A DNA stretch of 64,000 nt, taken from NCBI RefSeq assembly GCF_006345805.1, contig NC_043000.1:108438001-108502000 (forward strand), read 5' to 3'. The notes under the pieces are model-generated. The model saw nothing but the letters and a program-made list of their open reading frames with translations, had not been told where the DNA came from and made no database searches. Made by a program: the position numbers and the translations under genes. Positions 11,700 to 25,236 of the stretch are shown here, piece after piece. This stretch comes from Octopus sinensis. Taxonomy: Eukaryota. Numbering within the stretch: the first letter of the stretch is position 1; every line of letters begins with the position of its first letter.

Positions 11700-12010
11700 T
11701 AATCCAGCAGTTCATTACGCAGATGACACTAGAGTTTCCATTGGTGCAATGACAACTGAGTGCATACATTATAAAGCAGGGAAGTAGCCTAGAGAGACAC
11801 CTACACTGTGCTGCAGTGGTGGAAAGGTTAACTCCCTGCAATACCCCAACCTCCAGAGCCATTGAAGAAACTGTCATCAACAGACCAAATTCCAAGCACT
11901 TACAAAACAAAATTAGGCAATACAACGCTGCACCACGGATGACATTATTTGGAGCCACCAGAGATTTAACTGAGCAAGGATTCATGCAAACTTTCAAGAT
12001 CCAAATCAGA
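11700..12010 (+). mobile_element. Helitron Rep/Hel N-terminal coding remnant
   Basis: IGAMTTEC..ETPTLCCSGGKV..PQPPEPLKKL..KIRQYNAAPRMTLFGA..GFMQTFKIQ matches the recalled Helitron YN..FQMTSFG..FMPTFKIQG motif. Confidence 0.8.
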
Positions 12011-12233
12011 TTTATCAGATTTAACGTCTATGTTCTATGCTGGCATAGAACATTGTTATTAATGTAGAAAGTTGGTATCTCAGCTACTAGCAGTTGAGAC
12101 TTGCGTAATCTAGACGGCGTTTTTAAATTTCATTATTCTCTTGTTGCCGAATATATCTGCTAGTATGTATACATACATACATACATACATACATACATAC
12201 ATACATACATACATACGTACATACGTACATACA

Positions 12234-12266
<33 letters not shown>

Positions 12267-12296
12267 TATAGATAATAGGTATATATATATATCTAT

Positions 12297-12454
12297 ATTC
12301 TTTTACTTGTTTCAATCATTTGACTGTGGCCATGCTGGAGCACCGCATTTAGTCCAGCAAATCGACTCTAGGACATATTCTTTGTAAGCCTAGCATTTAT
12401 TCTGTCGGTCTCTTTGCGGAACTGCTAAGTTATGGGACGTAAATACGCGCTAAA

Positions 12455-12510
<56 letters not shown>

Positions 12511-12767
12511 TACACACACACATACACACATACATACACACACACACACATACACACACGCACATACACACACACATACACACACACGCACACACATGCA
12601 TATACGACGGGCTTTTTTCAGTTTCCGTCTACAAAATCCACTCACAAGGCTTTGGTTGGTCCGAGACTATAGTGTAAGACACTAGTCCAAAGTGCCACGC
12701 AGTGAGACTGAACCCACAACCGTGTAGTTAAGAAGGAAGCTTCTTACCACACAGCCACTCCTTCACC
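12297..12767 (-). mobile_element. SINE family B with expanded internal (CA)n
   Basis: Reverse-complement head, core and tail of the 10105 family. Confidence 0.88.
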
Positions 12768-12774
12768 TAGTGTA

Positions 12775-12929
<155 letters not shown>

Positions 12930-13225
12930 TGTGGATTAAATAAGAATTATACAGACTCTTTCTATGCTATATTGGTTGGAAATAAAGAGAGAGGAAGTCT
13001 CCTGGTGGACTGTTTCACAGTTTGCTGACCACTCTTCGGAGAAAACATACCCAGTTTCTATCTCAAAATGGTAGAGTAGCTCAGCTAATTATAAAGCAGT
13101 CATGAATTAGACTAGTACTGTGCTGAATAACCTAATTCGCATATTTATGGTTTTGACAGTATCTTATTAATTAAACAGTTTTATGTTGAACGCTCACATA
13201 TTGATCCAAGCAGACCAGCAGCTGT

Positions 13226-13372
13226 CCCCAGACTGGTATTAAATTTATCGACCCCGAGAGGATGAATGGTAAAGTCGACCTCGGCGGAATTTGAACTCAG
13301 AACGTAACGGCTGACGAAATACGGCTACGCATTTTTCCCGGCGTGCTAACAATTCTGCCATCTCGCCACCTT
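13226..13372 (-). mobile_element. SINE family A, 3'-truncated
   Basis: Reverse-complement head and core. Confidence 0.88.
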
Positions 13373-13564
13373 TATAGCTCTAATAATAATGCCTAGATGT
13401 TTGATAAACATTCTATATAGATTTTCTTCCAGGTAAATAGAACATACGAATATTTTATATAAATATTTACCTTAGGTATTTTCTTTTCTTGTTTCAATGT
13501 TAGGTGATTTATTATGTTAGCAACACAAATGTTTTATTTATGGAAACAGATTACGTTTTCCTAA

Positions 13565-13565
13565 G

Positions 13566-13646
<81 letters not shown>

Positions 13647-13816
13647 CATTATTAGCTTCCAGCTTTTCTTTTACTTCTATTAAATTGCAGTAAACTGGTT
13701 TATCTGTCTGAATTATGCGTATGTGTGCATGTACGTGTATGTATACGCGCATACGCGCGCACGCACATACTCTCACACACACACACGAGTATGTTTGCAC
13801 GAATATATTGTATGTA

Positions 13817-13852
<36 letters not shown>

Positions 13853-13906
13853 TGTATGTATGCATGCATGTATGTATGTATGTATATATATGTATATATA
13901 TATATA

Positions 13907-13967
<61 letters not shown>

Positions 13968-14064
13968 CATACATACATACATACATACAGGAAAGTGGTA
14001 CAACAACGCACCAATATTTACTGGAAATGGCAGTAATATACGATGCAATAGTAAAGTTTCACTG

Positions 14065-14111
<47 letters not shown>

Positions 14112-14253
14112 ATGTGTGTATGTTTATCTATCTATCTATCCATCTATCTATCTATCTAAGGATCGATCGATCTATCTATCCCTCTCTCGCTCCATTATAT
14201 ATATATATATATATATATGGAGCGAGAGGAGGATAGATAGATCGATTGATCAT

Positions 14254-14334
<81 letters not shown>

Positions 14335-14384
14335 GGATGGATGGATGGATGGATGGATGGATGGATGGATGGATATATATATAT

Positions 14385-14458
<74 letters not shown>

Positions 14459-14570
14459 TCGTATGTATAAACACGTATATATCTATATGCGTGTCAGTGT
14501 ATTTGTGTATGTATGTATGTATGTATGTATGTATGCATGTATGTATGTATGTATGTATGTATGTATCTAA
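13565..14570. repeat. Microsatellite cluster: (TTA)n, (TATG)n, (TA)n, (TG)n, (GATA)n, (GGAT)n
   Basis: Direct observation; explains the low-complexity ORFs here. Confidence 0.9.
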
Positions 14571-14954
14571 GAAGGTAAGTCGTTAGCAAACCCAAAACAT
14601 CTATGGGTTAACTAGATTTCTCAGGAGGTAGACGAGGCGTCTCTTGTTTGCAACAAAGCTATGGCGAAGGCAACCCTTCTAGGAAAAAGATAGTCTAACA
14701 TAAAACTTGTAGTCAGAACAGTACCTTTCATTATGCAATGTAACCTACTATGGCGACGACAAAGTGGCAAGAGCGTTGTCTAAGCTTCTGGTTTCCCCCC
14801 GCCCCCCGGAAAGATTAGCTTTCACAAATCCATCATCCCATTAATATTTCGGAACGATCTCAACTTCACCCTCAGACTCATTTTTGATAAGCACGGTGCC
14901 TCGTTCATTATGGTGCCAGGCTCAAGATCACGGCTTTTGTCGTTTTTTTCTTTT

Positions 14955-15392
14955 ATCTTTTACTTGTTTTAATCCTTGAATTGCAACGATGCTGGAGGAC
15001 CGACCTAAAGTGTTTAGACGATCAAATTGCCCCCCCCCCCACCACCACCACCACGTCACCGTACATATGTTATAAGTCTGTTGCTCATCCTATCGGTGCC
15101 TTTTGCCAAACTGTTAAGTTACTGCGACGCAAGGAAATCAACATCGGTTGTCAAGCGGTGAGCGGGAGACAAATACATACAAAAACTCTTTCTCTCTCTC
15201 TCTCCCTCTCTCTCATACACACACATTCGATGGGATTCCACACAATTTCTCTCCACCAACTACACACACAAGGCGCTGATCGGCACATGGCTATAGTAAA
15301 AGAATCTTGCCCAAGGTGCCGTACGGTGAGATTGAACTCGAAACTACACGGTAGCAAAGCAAGCTTCTTTAACTACACAGCCATGCCTGCAC
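14955..15392 (-). mobile_element. SINE family B (diverged)
   Basis: ttttacttgttt tail, cttgcccaaggtgcc core, cacagccatgcctgc head on the reverse strand. Confidence 0.8.
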
Positions 15393-15400
15393 GAAAAAAA

Positions 15401-15518
<118 letters not shown>

Positions 15519-16005
15519 CTCCACGAATTTGCATGTCATATAGTTGTAGTTTCGATTCCTGGAACGGATAGTTCGTCATGTACTTGTACAAAACACTTCA
15601 TTTCACGATGCTCTAGTATACTGCTGGAAATGAGTATTAACCTATGACTAGTGGGACTTTCTCTCCTCTAACTGCTCACGTCTTTTTATGTTCTGCTGCG
15701 TGTAACGTGAGAGGGCCTAAAGGGTGTCTGTATCTATTCGCGACTATATATGCACCTAAAATGCACGGTATTCACTACTGGGTCACCCTCGTTTGCAAGT
15801 GACAACTATGCTATTCTGCAATTCAGACGTATGGGGGACCTCCTTACTTATGTCGTTATTGATCCAAGAATGCAATTCGTTTCGTGATGAATAGCGAGTG
15901 AATGTCACTTTCATAAAACGCATATTGTTCAACTGTGTCCACAATCTATACTGCTTTCACTGTATCAGCTAAAGAACTAACAAAATCACTAAGAGTAAGA
16001 ACGGG

Positions 16006-16037
<32 letters not shown>

Positions 16038-16047
16038 CATACATACA

Positions 16048-16083
<36 letters not shown>

Positions 16084-16134
16084 TGGTAAGACAACAAAAG
16101 AATGAAAGATATTATGTAAATAGAGGAATTTATC

Positions 16135-16297
16135 TGTGAAATTAATATGTGACAATTATTCGGTAGCCATGATAAATCTCCGAGTTTCGGATGTCGGGGC
16201 GGAAACCCACGAGATGGCGGCGTGGGTTTCCGCCCCGACATCCGAAACTCGGATTTTTATCATGGCTACCGAATAACTGTCACATATTAATTTCACA
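16135..16297. repeat. Near-perfect palindrome: 77-bp arms, 9-nt spacer
   Basis: Arms 16135-16211 and 16221-16297 are reverse complements with 3 mismatches. Confidence 0.95.
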
Positions 16298-16310
16298 CAC
16301 ACACACACAT

Positions 16311-16382
<72 letters not shown>

Positions 16383-16390
<8 letters not shown>

Positions 16391-16487
16391 GCCACTATTT
16401 TTTAAATTAATCAAATGATATACATAGTAGCTATTATATGTATATTGTTTATCATTTGATTGATTTCAAAAATAGTGGCTACTATAT
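16383..16487. repeat. Inverted repeat: about 38-bp arms, about 29-nt spacer, TA-flanked (MITE-like)
   Basis: atatagtagccactattttttaaattaatcaaatgata versus its reverse complement, 2 mismatches. Confidence 0.85.
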
Positions 16488-17299
16488 ATATTATATTTTT
16501 TTATGCTGACTAGACATGTGGGAAATTTAGAGGACATATGATAGTTTTTCATGAAATTAATTCGCATTTTAAAATCCTTAGATTTTCATAACCATAAGTT
16601 AAACTATGAATAAATATTCGTCTTACGTAAGTACCAGGAGTAAGACACATTCAACCGAATAGTATGCAGATATACGATACTCCCGTGGAAGACAGAAAAT
16701 CAATATATGTTGACATTTTATAATAGAACAAAGATTGCCTATATATATCACATTTTGTAGAAATCTCATTCAAAAGGATAACCAAAAACGAAACGATAGA
16801 TTAGATGTGTATGTCTAAATTTTTTCGGGTAAATTTCTAGCACAGCGTATGTGCGCTTCAGTATTGCATTATTTGGTGTGTGTGTGTGTGTGTGTGTGGA
16901 AGGGTGTGTTTGTAGTATATTTATGTAAATCTTCATCTTAATAAAAAAGCAAGAAATCACAAACGTTATAAAAACTAAATTAAATACGGAGTCATAACAC
17001 TGTGAAATAGTCATTTCTTGACAAAGCTACAACAGTTTACAACCATGGCTCTGCAAGAAACCAATTCACCGAATCACAACGAAATCTTAACTATTTATAT
17101 ATAATTAGAACCTTATATAATGAGCTAGCAATTCTGAATCCATCGTAAAATTTTGAGTCATATTCAGAATGCATTAGCTTGAAAATATAAGGGAAACAAC
17201 TCTTAAATAAGCTTTGCAAGTTCATGGGAAGTAACTCTGTAATGATTCGGAATTATTCGATGGGCTGAGAGTCTTTAGAAGCTATTACGTATACATATA

Positions 17300-17514
17300 T
17301 TCTTTTCTACTCTAGGCACAAGGCCGGAAATTTTGGGGGAAGGGATTAGTCGATTAGATCGACCCCACTACGCAACTGGTACTTAATCTATCGACCCCGA
17401 AAGATGAAAGGCAAAGTCAACCTCAGCGGAATTTGAACTCTGAACGTGAAGATAGACGAAATACCACTAAGCATTTCGCCCGACGTGCTAATGTTTCTGT
17501 CAGCTCGCCGCCTT
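17300..17514 (-). mobile_element. SINE family A (tail type 2)
   Basis: Full reverse-complement copy. Confidence 0.9.
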
Positions 17515-17599
17515 GCGGTATATACAAGAAGTAAAATATAAATGGAAAGGCACACTGTTTGGCAAGAATTGAAAAAAAACATTTAATTTTATATATAAT

Positions 17600-17971
17600 A
17601 GAAAAGGTAGCTTCCCAACTACATGGTGCCAAGTTCAATCCCACAACATGGCACCTTGGTCAAATGTCTTCTACCATAGCCTCTGGCCAACCAAAGCCTT
17701 TTCAGTAAATTTGGTAGATGAAAGAAGTCCGTCGTATATATATATATTTGTGTGTTTGTGTCTGTGTTTGTCCCCATCAATACCACTTGACAATTGATGT
17801 TGGTGTGCTTACGTCCCCGTAACTAATTGGTTTGGCAAAAGAGACCGATAGAATAAGTACTAGGCTTATAAAGAATAAGTTTTGTGGTCGATTCGTTCGA
17901 CTAAAACCCCTTAAGGTGGTGCTCCAGCATAGCCACAGTCAAATGACTGAAACAAGTAGAAGAATAAAAGA
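17600..17971 (+). mobile_element. SINE family B
   Basis: Core ggcaccttggtcaaatgtcttctac and tail aaggtggtgctccagcatagccacagtc. Confidence 0.88.
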
Positions 17972-18599
17972 TTACATCTAAATTTGTTATCTCTGTTGAG
18001 TCTTGCAAAACGATTTGCCTCTTCATTTCTATTTTAATCTATACCTATCTGCTCAAGAAGCTACTTCTTGCCACTCCGGAAAGGCAGTCTCAACATCACA
18101 CATTCAACTGCAGTTCAAACTGGAGTTTTTGTAACATATCAAACTAAGCACTAAAATGCTTATTTTGCATTAAGTTTCAGTCTAATATCTGCCTGTATAT
18201 TGTCCTATAGAATGTCTTAGTATCCTGTCACAAGACGAAACTGGAAGGCAACTGTGATTATGCCGAAGAACTAGACTAAAGAAATTTTCACACTAAGCCC
18301 ACTAATGACTGATGGGTCAGTATATAGTAAAATAAATTAAAACATTTATAAATATATATTAAAATTTTCATAATTCTGCTTTCTTTCATTAAACCAGAAC
18401 AATGTCACAAATTGTATGAATTTATTAACTTCCTCATTGGACTTTGAGGTGGCCTCAGGTGTTGCTTTTAAGGGTTTTCATGTATTATAATGACTGCTAT
18501 CATTATATCTTGACGAGGTAAATATCCAGCAGTAAAGTTATGGGTAATGAGTAATATACATAATATGTATATATCAATATATATATATATAAAAAAGTT

Positions 18600-19156
18600 G
18601 AGTTGTGGGGTATCGCACGAGTGGGATTATATATGAAAAAAGGTTTGAAAATGCAATTTAAACGATGTTTATTTACTTAACCGGTTTCACTCTTTGGTAA
18701 AAGATTGTCAAAAGTAACTTTGAATATTATGGGTTCAAAAAAAGTTTTTTACATAATTGTCACATTGAATATTATGAATTCAAAAATGTTTTTTTATACA
18801 TAATTGTCACATTACATGTATAAATATAGTATAAAAAAGTTCAATAGTATGATGAGAATATTTGGAAAAATTGGCAGAAAAGAATAAAACAAATATATTA
18901 TTGGAAATTTGGTTGCGTTAATTATTGGTTGTCGCAAATTGTCACATTACATGTATATATATACAGTCTTTGGTAGAAAGGACATGTTAAAGACATAAGG
19001 AAGTGTAATAGTTTGGTGAGAAAGCTTGTAATATTGACAGAGAAAATTAAAATGGATATTTTAGACATCTCAGAATATTTTGAATCGAAGGCGAGAATTT
19101 GTTTTTTACTGACCTGTTTGTTTTAGCAGAAAAGTTGGATTGAGAGAAAAAAAGAT
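18600..19156 (-). mobile_element. Penelope-like remnant with a degenerate hammerhead motif
   Basis: Minus strand 18674-18716: TACTT-TTGACAA-T-CTTTTACCAAAGAGT-GAAACCGGTT-AAGTA (type I hammerhead topology, core mutated); AT-rich degraded body. Confidence 0.5.
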
Positions 19157-19289
19157 ATGTACCCAGTTTGGTTTATACTTCCCCTTCAAGCATCAGTGAT
19201 TTTGGGGTTATTGGGAGGTGAGTATGCGGGTGTGAATAGATGTGTCCGTGTGCCTGCTGGTCAGACAGCGTCTGTTTGTCACACACATA

Positions 19290-19477
19290 TATACACACAC
19301 ACACAACAACAATACACACACACACATAGTATACACACACACACCACATACACACAACACACACACACAGAACACACACACACACAACGCACCCACATAT
19401 ATAATATATACACACAGCACACAAATATAACATGTATTTATATATAATATACACACATATATAACACATACACACAC

Positions 19478-19508
<31 letters not shown>

Positions 19509-20600
19509 CACACGCACACATATATACATAATATAAATATCACACAAATACACCTAGCATATATATACACATACAATACACATACACAGCATGTATATAA
19601 TACACATACACAATATATGCATGCAATATACATACGCAATACATACATATAATATATATATATATAGACAATGCATATACATATATACATATATACATAT
19701 AAATAGTGTTTACATACACATACATAGATATACCACATATACACACAATATACATACATACAATGCATACACATACACGTACGCATACATATAATATATA
19801 TAGACACACACACACATAACATACATACACAATGCATACATATATATACACGCAACGTATATACATGTATTCATGTATATATAGCACACTTACAATATAC
19901 ATATATACAATGCACACATACACACATATATATACACTTAATTGTACACATACATATACAGTACACATACATACAATATACATATACACAATGCGCATGC
20001 AAATAATGCACATGTTTATACACACATATACATGAAAATATATATACACACACACACATACACACACACATATATATATATACACATATATATATATATA
20101 TATATACATATACATACATACATACATGCACATACATATATTTTTTCACACACATACACACACATATATATATAAAATTCACACACACACCCACACACAC
20201 AAAATACAAACCTATAGCGTACACACTCAAATATATCTCTACATACCGCACACACACACAAACAATGTACTCACATATACACACATACCATGCATATACA
20301 CACACAGCACACACACATATATATATATAAAAACAAATACACATGTAAATACATACACACGTACACAATGCTCACACACACACACACACATACACACACA
20401 CACGCACACAGTGCACACACACACACACATATATACACACGTGCACACACACACACACAACGCGCGCACACACACACATACACACACGCACACACACACA
20501 CACATACATATACACACGCGCACACACACAACGTGCACACTCACACACACACACACAACACCCACACACATACATAACCTACATATATATAATGCATGCG
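19290..20600. repeat. 1.3-kb cryptic (CA/TA/CATA) simple-sequence tract
   Basis: Direct observation. Confidence 0.9.
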
Positions 20601-20743
20601 TGTGCGTGCCACGTATGTGTGCGGTCAATGCCCGCTAGTGTGTCCTATGCGTGCCGATGCGCGCATGTGCCCGCCCGCACGATATGCTGTGAGTGTGCGC
20701 GTGCCCCTGTGTGCCTGCTCTGGATGTGTGCCCAGGGGGTATG

Positions 20744-21419
20744 TTAGAGTATGTTTAGTTGTGGTCTGTATTTTTGAATAAGATTACATTCCTTATTTAT
20801 TCGTGTTTGGTCTGTGGTGTTGTCCGAGCATTGGTATAGTGGGAAGACTAAGAATTTGGGGGACTTATTGTGTGCACAAAGGTCTAAGTGTCCACTTAGT
20901 GGTATCTGTCTTGTGGAGGGGTCCCTCAGTTGTTGTCGGTGAACTGTCATTCTATCTCTGAGGGTAAGGCTCGTTTGCCCTATGTAGTCTTCGTGGCATC
21001 CTTCACACCTTATGACGTAGAGTAAATTTTTTGATGCGCACGTGAAATTATTTTTTATGATGAATGTGTGTCCCGAGTGGAACTTGTACGACGATCCCTC
21101 AATGAGGTGGATGCAGGTCTTGCAATTGGGGCGACCACATTTTTTGATGGTGGGCGGTGGGTTTGTGTTGTGTAATTTTGCGTTGGTGAGGAGGTTTTTT
21201 AGGGATTTAGGTTGTCTCTTACTTTTTATTATTTTATGAGCTGCCAGTATTTTTTTCAGGCGTGGGTCTTGATTTAGTTGTGGAATGTTGTTGTATATAA
21301 TAGTGTAAGCTTCTGCATTCCTTGGGTTGTGTGTTGAGAGATAGGGGAGGCTATTTACTGTACTGTGGATGTGTTTGGGTTTTCGTAGGTCTTGAATGTT
21401 GATTGATTTGGCCCGTTCT
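20744..21419 (-). mobile_element. Penelope-like element (Neptune-type) GIY-YIG endonuclease fragment
   Basis: About 225 open codons: CGRPNCKTC linker, CASKNLLYVIRCEGCHEDYIGQT, LRDRMTVHR, KE..LIQKYRPQLN*. Confidence 0.9.
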
Positions 21420-21522
21420 ATATATATATACATATATGATAATGAAATTATTGTATACAGTGCTCAGGTGCACCACGACATATATATATATATATATGTA
21501 TGTATGTATATATATATATATA

Positions 21523-21898
21523 CTAGCAGTATCGCCCGGCGTTGCTCAGGTTTGTAAGGGAAATAACTATAAAGCATTTTTAGAGAGTTATAGCCAAAAA
21601 ATAGCAAAAAAAATGATGGTAAATTTTTTTTTGAGAGTTAAAAAAGGTTGAGTTGCGTCCCCTAGACAGTTTGTGGTTCGTGTTTCTGATTCTCGACCCC
21701 ATGTCGAATTTATCGATTTTTTTCAGAACTGGGAGAACTTTTCAAAATTTTGGCTGCGTTAGTTTTGAATTATGACATTGGGCTATGTGTGTGTCAAGTT
21801 TCATCAGAATCGGTTGAAAGCCGTGGTCAGGGTGAGGGTACAAGCAAACAGACACACAGAAACACGCACAGACAAACTGCCGTTTATATAGAGAAAGA
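21523..21898 (-). mobile_element. Non-autonomous Helitron
   Basis: 5' TC-TTTCTCTATATAAACGGCAG, 3' GAGCAACGCCGGGCGATACTG-CTAG, inserted between A and T; 3' part shared with 60860-61144. Confidence 0.8.
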
Positions 21899-22154
21899 TA
21901 TTACAAGAAAGTTAGAGGTTGTGAATCCAACCCACTATCCAATATACTGCTGGTAGAATACCCAATTACACAAATACCCAAATATACAATGCAATTGCAA
22001 TTACATTACTGAGTGTACTAAATGGGTGAAGGTAAAGAGATATCTTACCATTAATTTATATAGGAAATAAGAAAATGAACTAGAAAAATTTTCACCGAAT
22101 ATTTTACCCAAAAATTTTTCATCAAAATTTTTCAAAAGTTTCTTGAAAATTTGG

Positions 22155-22240
22155 AAGGCCAGCGATGCCAAAATCAATAAGTATGGAAGGCCAGCGGTGC
22201 CAAAATCAAAAAGTATGGAAGGTCAGCGGTGCCAAAATCG
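22155..22240 (+). repeat. About 32-bp tandem repeat, roughly 2.7 copies
   Basis: ggaaggccagcg(a/g)tgccaaaatcaa(t/a)aagtat repeated. Confidence 0.85.
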
Positions 22241-22732
22241 GGGAATAATTTTTGGGGAAAATTCTCGAAAAATTTTTGAAAAATTCTCGGCTAAAATTTT
22301 CGGTGAAAATTCTCGAAAAATTTTCGGAAAATTTTTGGGTAAAATTTTCGGTGAAAATTATTGAAAAATTTTTGGGGAAAATTTCGTAAAATTTTCGGTG
22401 AAAAATTTCGAAAAATTTGTGGGGAAAATTTTTGGTGAAAATTTTCGAAAAATTTTTGGGTAAAATTTTCGGAAAATTTTTCAGTAAAATTTTCATTGAA
22501 AATTTTCGAAAAATTTTTGGGTAAAATATTCCGGTGAAAATTTTCTCCAAAAATTTTCCCCAGAAATTTTTCGAAATTTTTAGAAAACTTTTGCCGAAAA
22601 TTTTCCCCAAAAATTTTACGAAAATTTCCACCGAAAATTTTCCCCAAAAATTTTTCATTAATTTTCACCGAAAATTTTACCCAAAAATTTTCCGAAAATT
22701 TTTCGAGAATTTTCAGCGAAAATTTTCCCCAA

Positions 22733-23052
22733 AAGTGATAAAGGATATATAATAAAAGGTACATGAGCAGGTTTTAATATTTTTAAAGTTAATGCTAAGA
22801 AAAAATACGGATATATTTTATACTTAGGTAATTATAGGGCAGGAATTAAATTAAAGGTTCTCTCGTAAAAAGTCGTATATCTTTACATGTTAAAATCAAT
22901 TAATGTAAAATGAAATTTCAAGGTACAGCATTATCGTTCGGTTATGAAGAAGAATTTTTATTAACTATTCTAAAGAAAGATTAATGCTATTAATATCATG
23001 TAGCATTTTAGTACACTAGCAACTTCGTTCAATTATGCAGAAAATCTATTGG
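22733..23052 (+). repeat. Unclassified AT-rich interspersed repeat
   Basis: Highly similar inverted copy at 58610-58955. Confidence 0.85.
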
Positions 23053-23469
23053 ATGGATAAATTTAACGAAAATTTTCCTAGAAGGTTTTTCGAAGATTTT
23101 ACCAAAAAATATTTCGAAAACTTTCACCGAAAATTTTCCCCAAAAATTTTTCAAAAATTTTCACGGAAATTTTCCCCAAAAATTTTCCGAAAATTTTCAC
23201 CGAAAATTTTACCCAAAAATTTTTCGAAAATTTATAGAGAATTTTCAGCCAAAATTTTCACCTAAAATTTTTCGAAAATTTTACCCAAAAATTTTTTGAA
23301 AATTTTCACCTAAAACTTTACCCAAAAATGTTTCCGAAATTTTTCACCGAAAATTTTACCCAAAATTTTTCGAAAATCTTACCCAAAAATTTTTCGAAAA
23401 TTTTCAACGAAAATTTTACACAAAAATTTTTAGAAAATTTTTGTAGAGTATTTTCCCAAAAAATTTTCA

Positions 23470-25236
23470 ACGACGGATGAAGGTTGCAAATCCTCCCAAC
23501 CAACATCCCAAAAGTAGCGAAACGTCCCACCTAAAAACAACACTGATGGAGATCGAAAAAAGGCTGCAACAATCCTATGTGAAGCAGAAAGCAGACAAAG
23601 AAGCCTGGGTTATAAAAAACATTAAATCAAACCCAAAGGCCTTCTTTCATTACGCGAAAGAAACAGTCTCAGTGCACTACAAGATAGGACCTCCAAAAGG
23701 ATGGCTCCCTCACAGACAGTCCAACTATGATCAGTGAGATGCTGTTTGACCAGTTCAGAAGTGTCTTTACCACCCCGTTGGAACACAGACAAGTGAACGA
23801 ACCAGTGGACTTCTTTGCCGCCTCACCTATAACCAGCGAGGCGGTTACAATAGAATGTATTGACATTAGCGAAAAAGATGTCCTACTAGCCATAGATGAA
23901 GTGGACACAAACTCAGCTGCTGGTCCAGATGGTTTCCCAGCCATCCTCCTCAAAGCGTGTAAGCATGCCCTGGCAAAACCCCTCAAGATTCTCTTCCAGA
24001 GCTTTCTTGCGAATGGCAAACTGCCAAGCAAGCTGAAGGAGGGAATAATATGGCCAATACATAGAGGGGGAAGTAGAGCAGATGCCAAAAACTATAGGCC
24101 TATCTCTCTGACTTCACACATCAGCATAGTCATGGAACGGATAGTCAGAAAGAAACTAATCGCATTCCTTGAGAAAAAATAACTTGCTGAGTGATACCCA
24201 GCATGGTTTTCGACCAGGTAGGAGCTGCCTGACCCAGCTCTTACAGCATTATGACTGGGTGTTGAGGCAGTTACTCAACAAATCATATGTGGACGTAATC
24301 TACCTTGATTTTGCAAAAGGTTTTGACAAGGTGAATCATGGTATGATATGCCACAAACTACGTGACCTCGACAGAGCTGGAAAACTTGGAGTGTGGTATC
24401 ATGACTTCTTGAAAGATAGGAGTCAGGCAGTAGTGGTTAATGGAGCCACCTCTATGAATACACAAATAGTGAGCGGTGTTCCACAGGGCACTGTCTTGTG
24501 ATCACTGCTTTTATAGTGGCCCTCTCAGATATGCCCTCAAATGCCCGATAGTCACTCTGGCCAGCTATGCAGACGATACGAAAGTCTCGCAGAAAATACA
24601 GAACCCCAGCGATGTTGCACACCTGCAGCAGGAGTTGGACTCAATCTACAGATGGGCTGCAGTTTAATGCAGTTTAATGCTGAAAAATTGCAGGCCCTGT
24701 GCTACCAGCATCCAAAACTGAATATTAAACTTACAGGATACACCAGTCCACAGGGAATTTCAATCCCAGAGCCTAAGTCTGTGAAGGACCTGGGTATCGA
24801 CATGAGTGATGATACCTCTTTCCAAGTGCACATTACCAGGATGGCGACAAAGTGCAGATGACTGGCTGGGTGGATCTTAAGAATATTCAGAACCAGAGAT
24901 AAGGAAACCATGATGGTCCTCTGGCGGACATTCGTCCTCAGTCGCCTGGATTACTGCTCACAGCTATGGTCACCCACCAGTGTAAAATTAACAGCGGACC
25001 TTGAAGCAATCCAGAGAAGATTCACAAAGACGATCATCTCTTTGCAACAGCTCAGCTACTGGGAAAGGTTGAAACAGCTAAGACTCTACTCCCTGGAGAG
25101 AAGACGGGATAGGTATGCAGTAATATATGTCTGGAAGATCCTGGAAGGAATTGTGCCAAATGTTGGCATTGTAAGCCACACCAATACTAGAACGGGACGA
25201 CACTGCATAGTGCCAAAGATCCCAGCAATGCCATCA
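23470..25236 (+). mobile_element. Internal fragment of CR1-group LINE (RT domain)
   Basis: AAGPDG, NYRPISLTS, QHGFRPGRSC, YLDFAK, GVPQG, YADD; same family as 37125-40645; truncated at both ends. Confidence 0.95.

Larger units (their letters stand above)
22080..23470. repeat. AAAATTTT-phased minisatellite arrays (about 11-13 bp subunits, about 37 bp higher-order unit)
   Basis: Arrays at 22080-22140, 22240-22730 (orientation switches near 22530) and 23060-23470; unit like aaaattttcaccgaaaattttacccaaaaatttttcg. Confidence 0.9.

Noticed and set aside
15700-15950. Very degraded L1/Tx1 endonuclease (ATIYAPK)
   Set aside because: Single short motif; could not trace further conserved residues.
22143-23530. 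K/F/N-rich ORFs (e.g. 22206-22658, 22291-22764)
   Set aside because: Translations of the AAAATTTT minisatellite.
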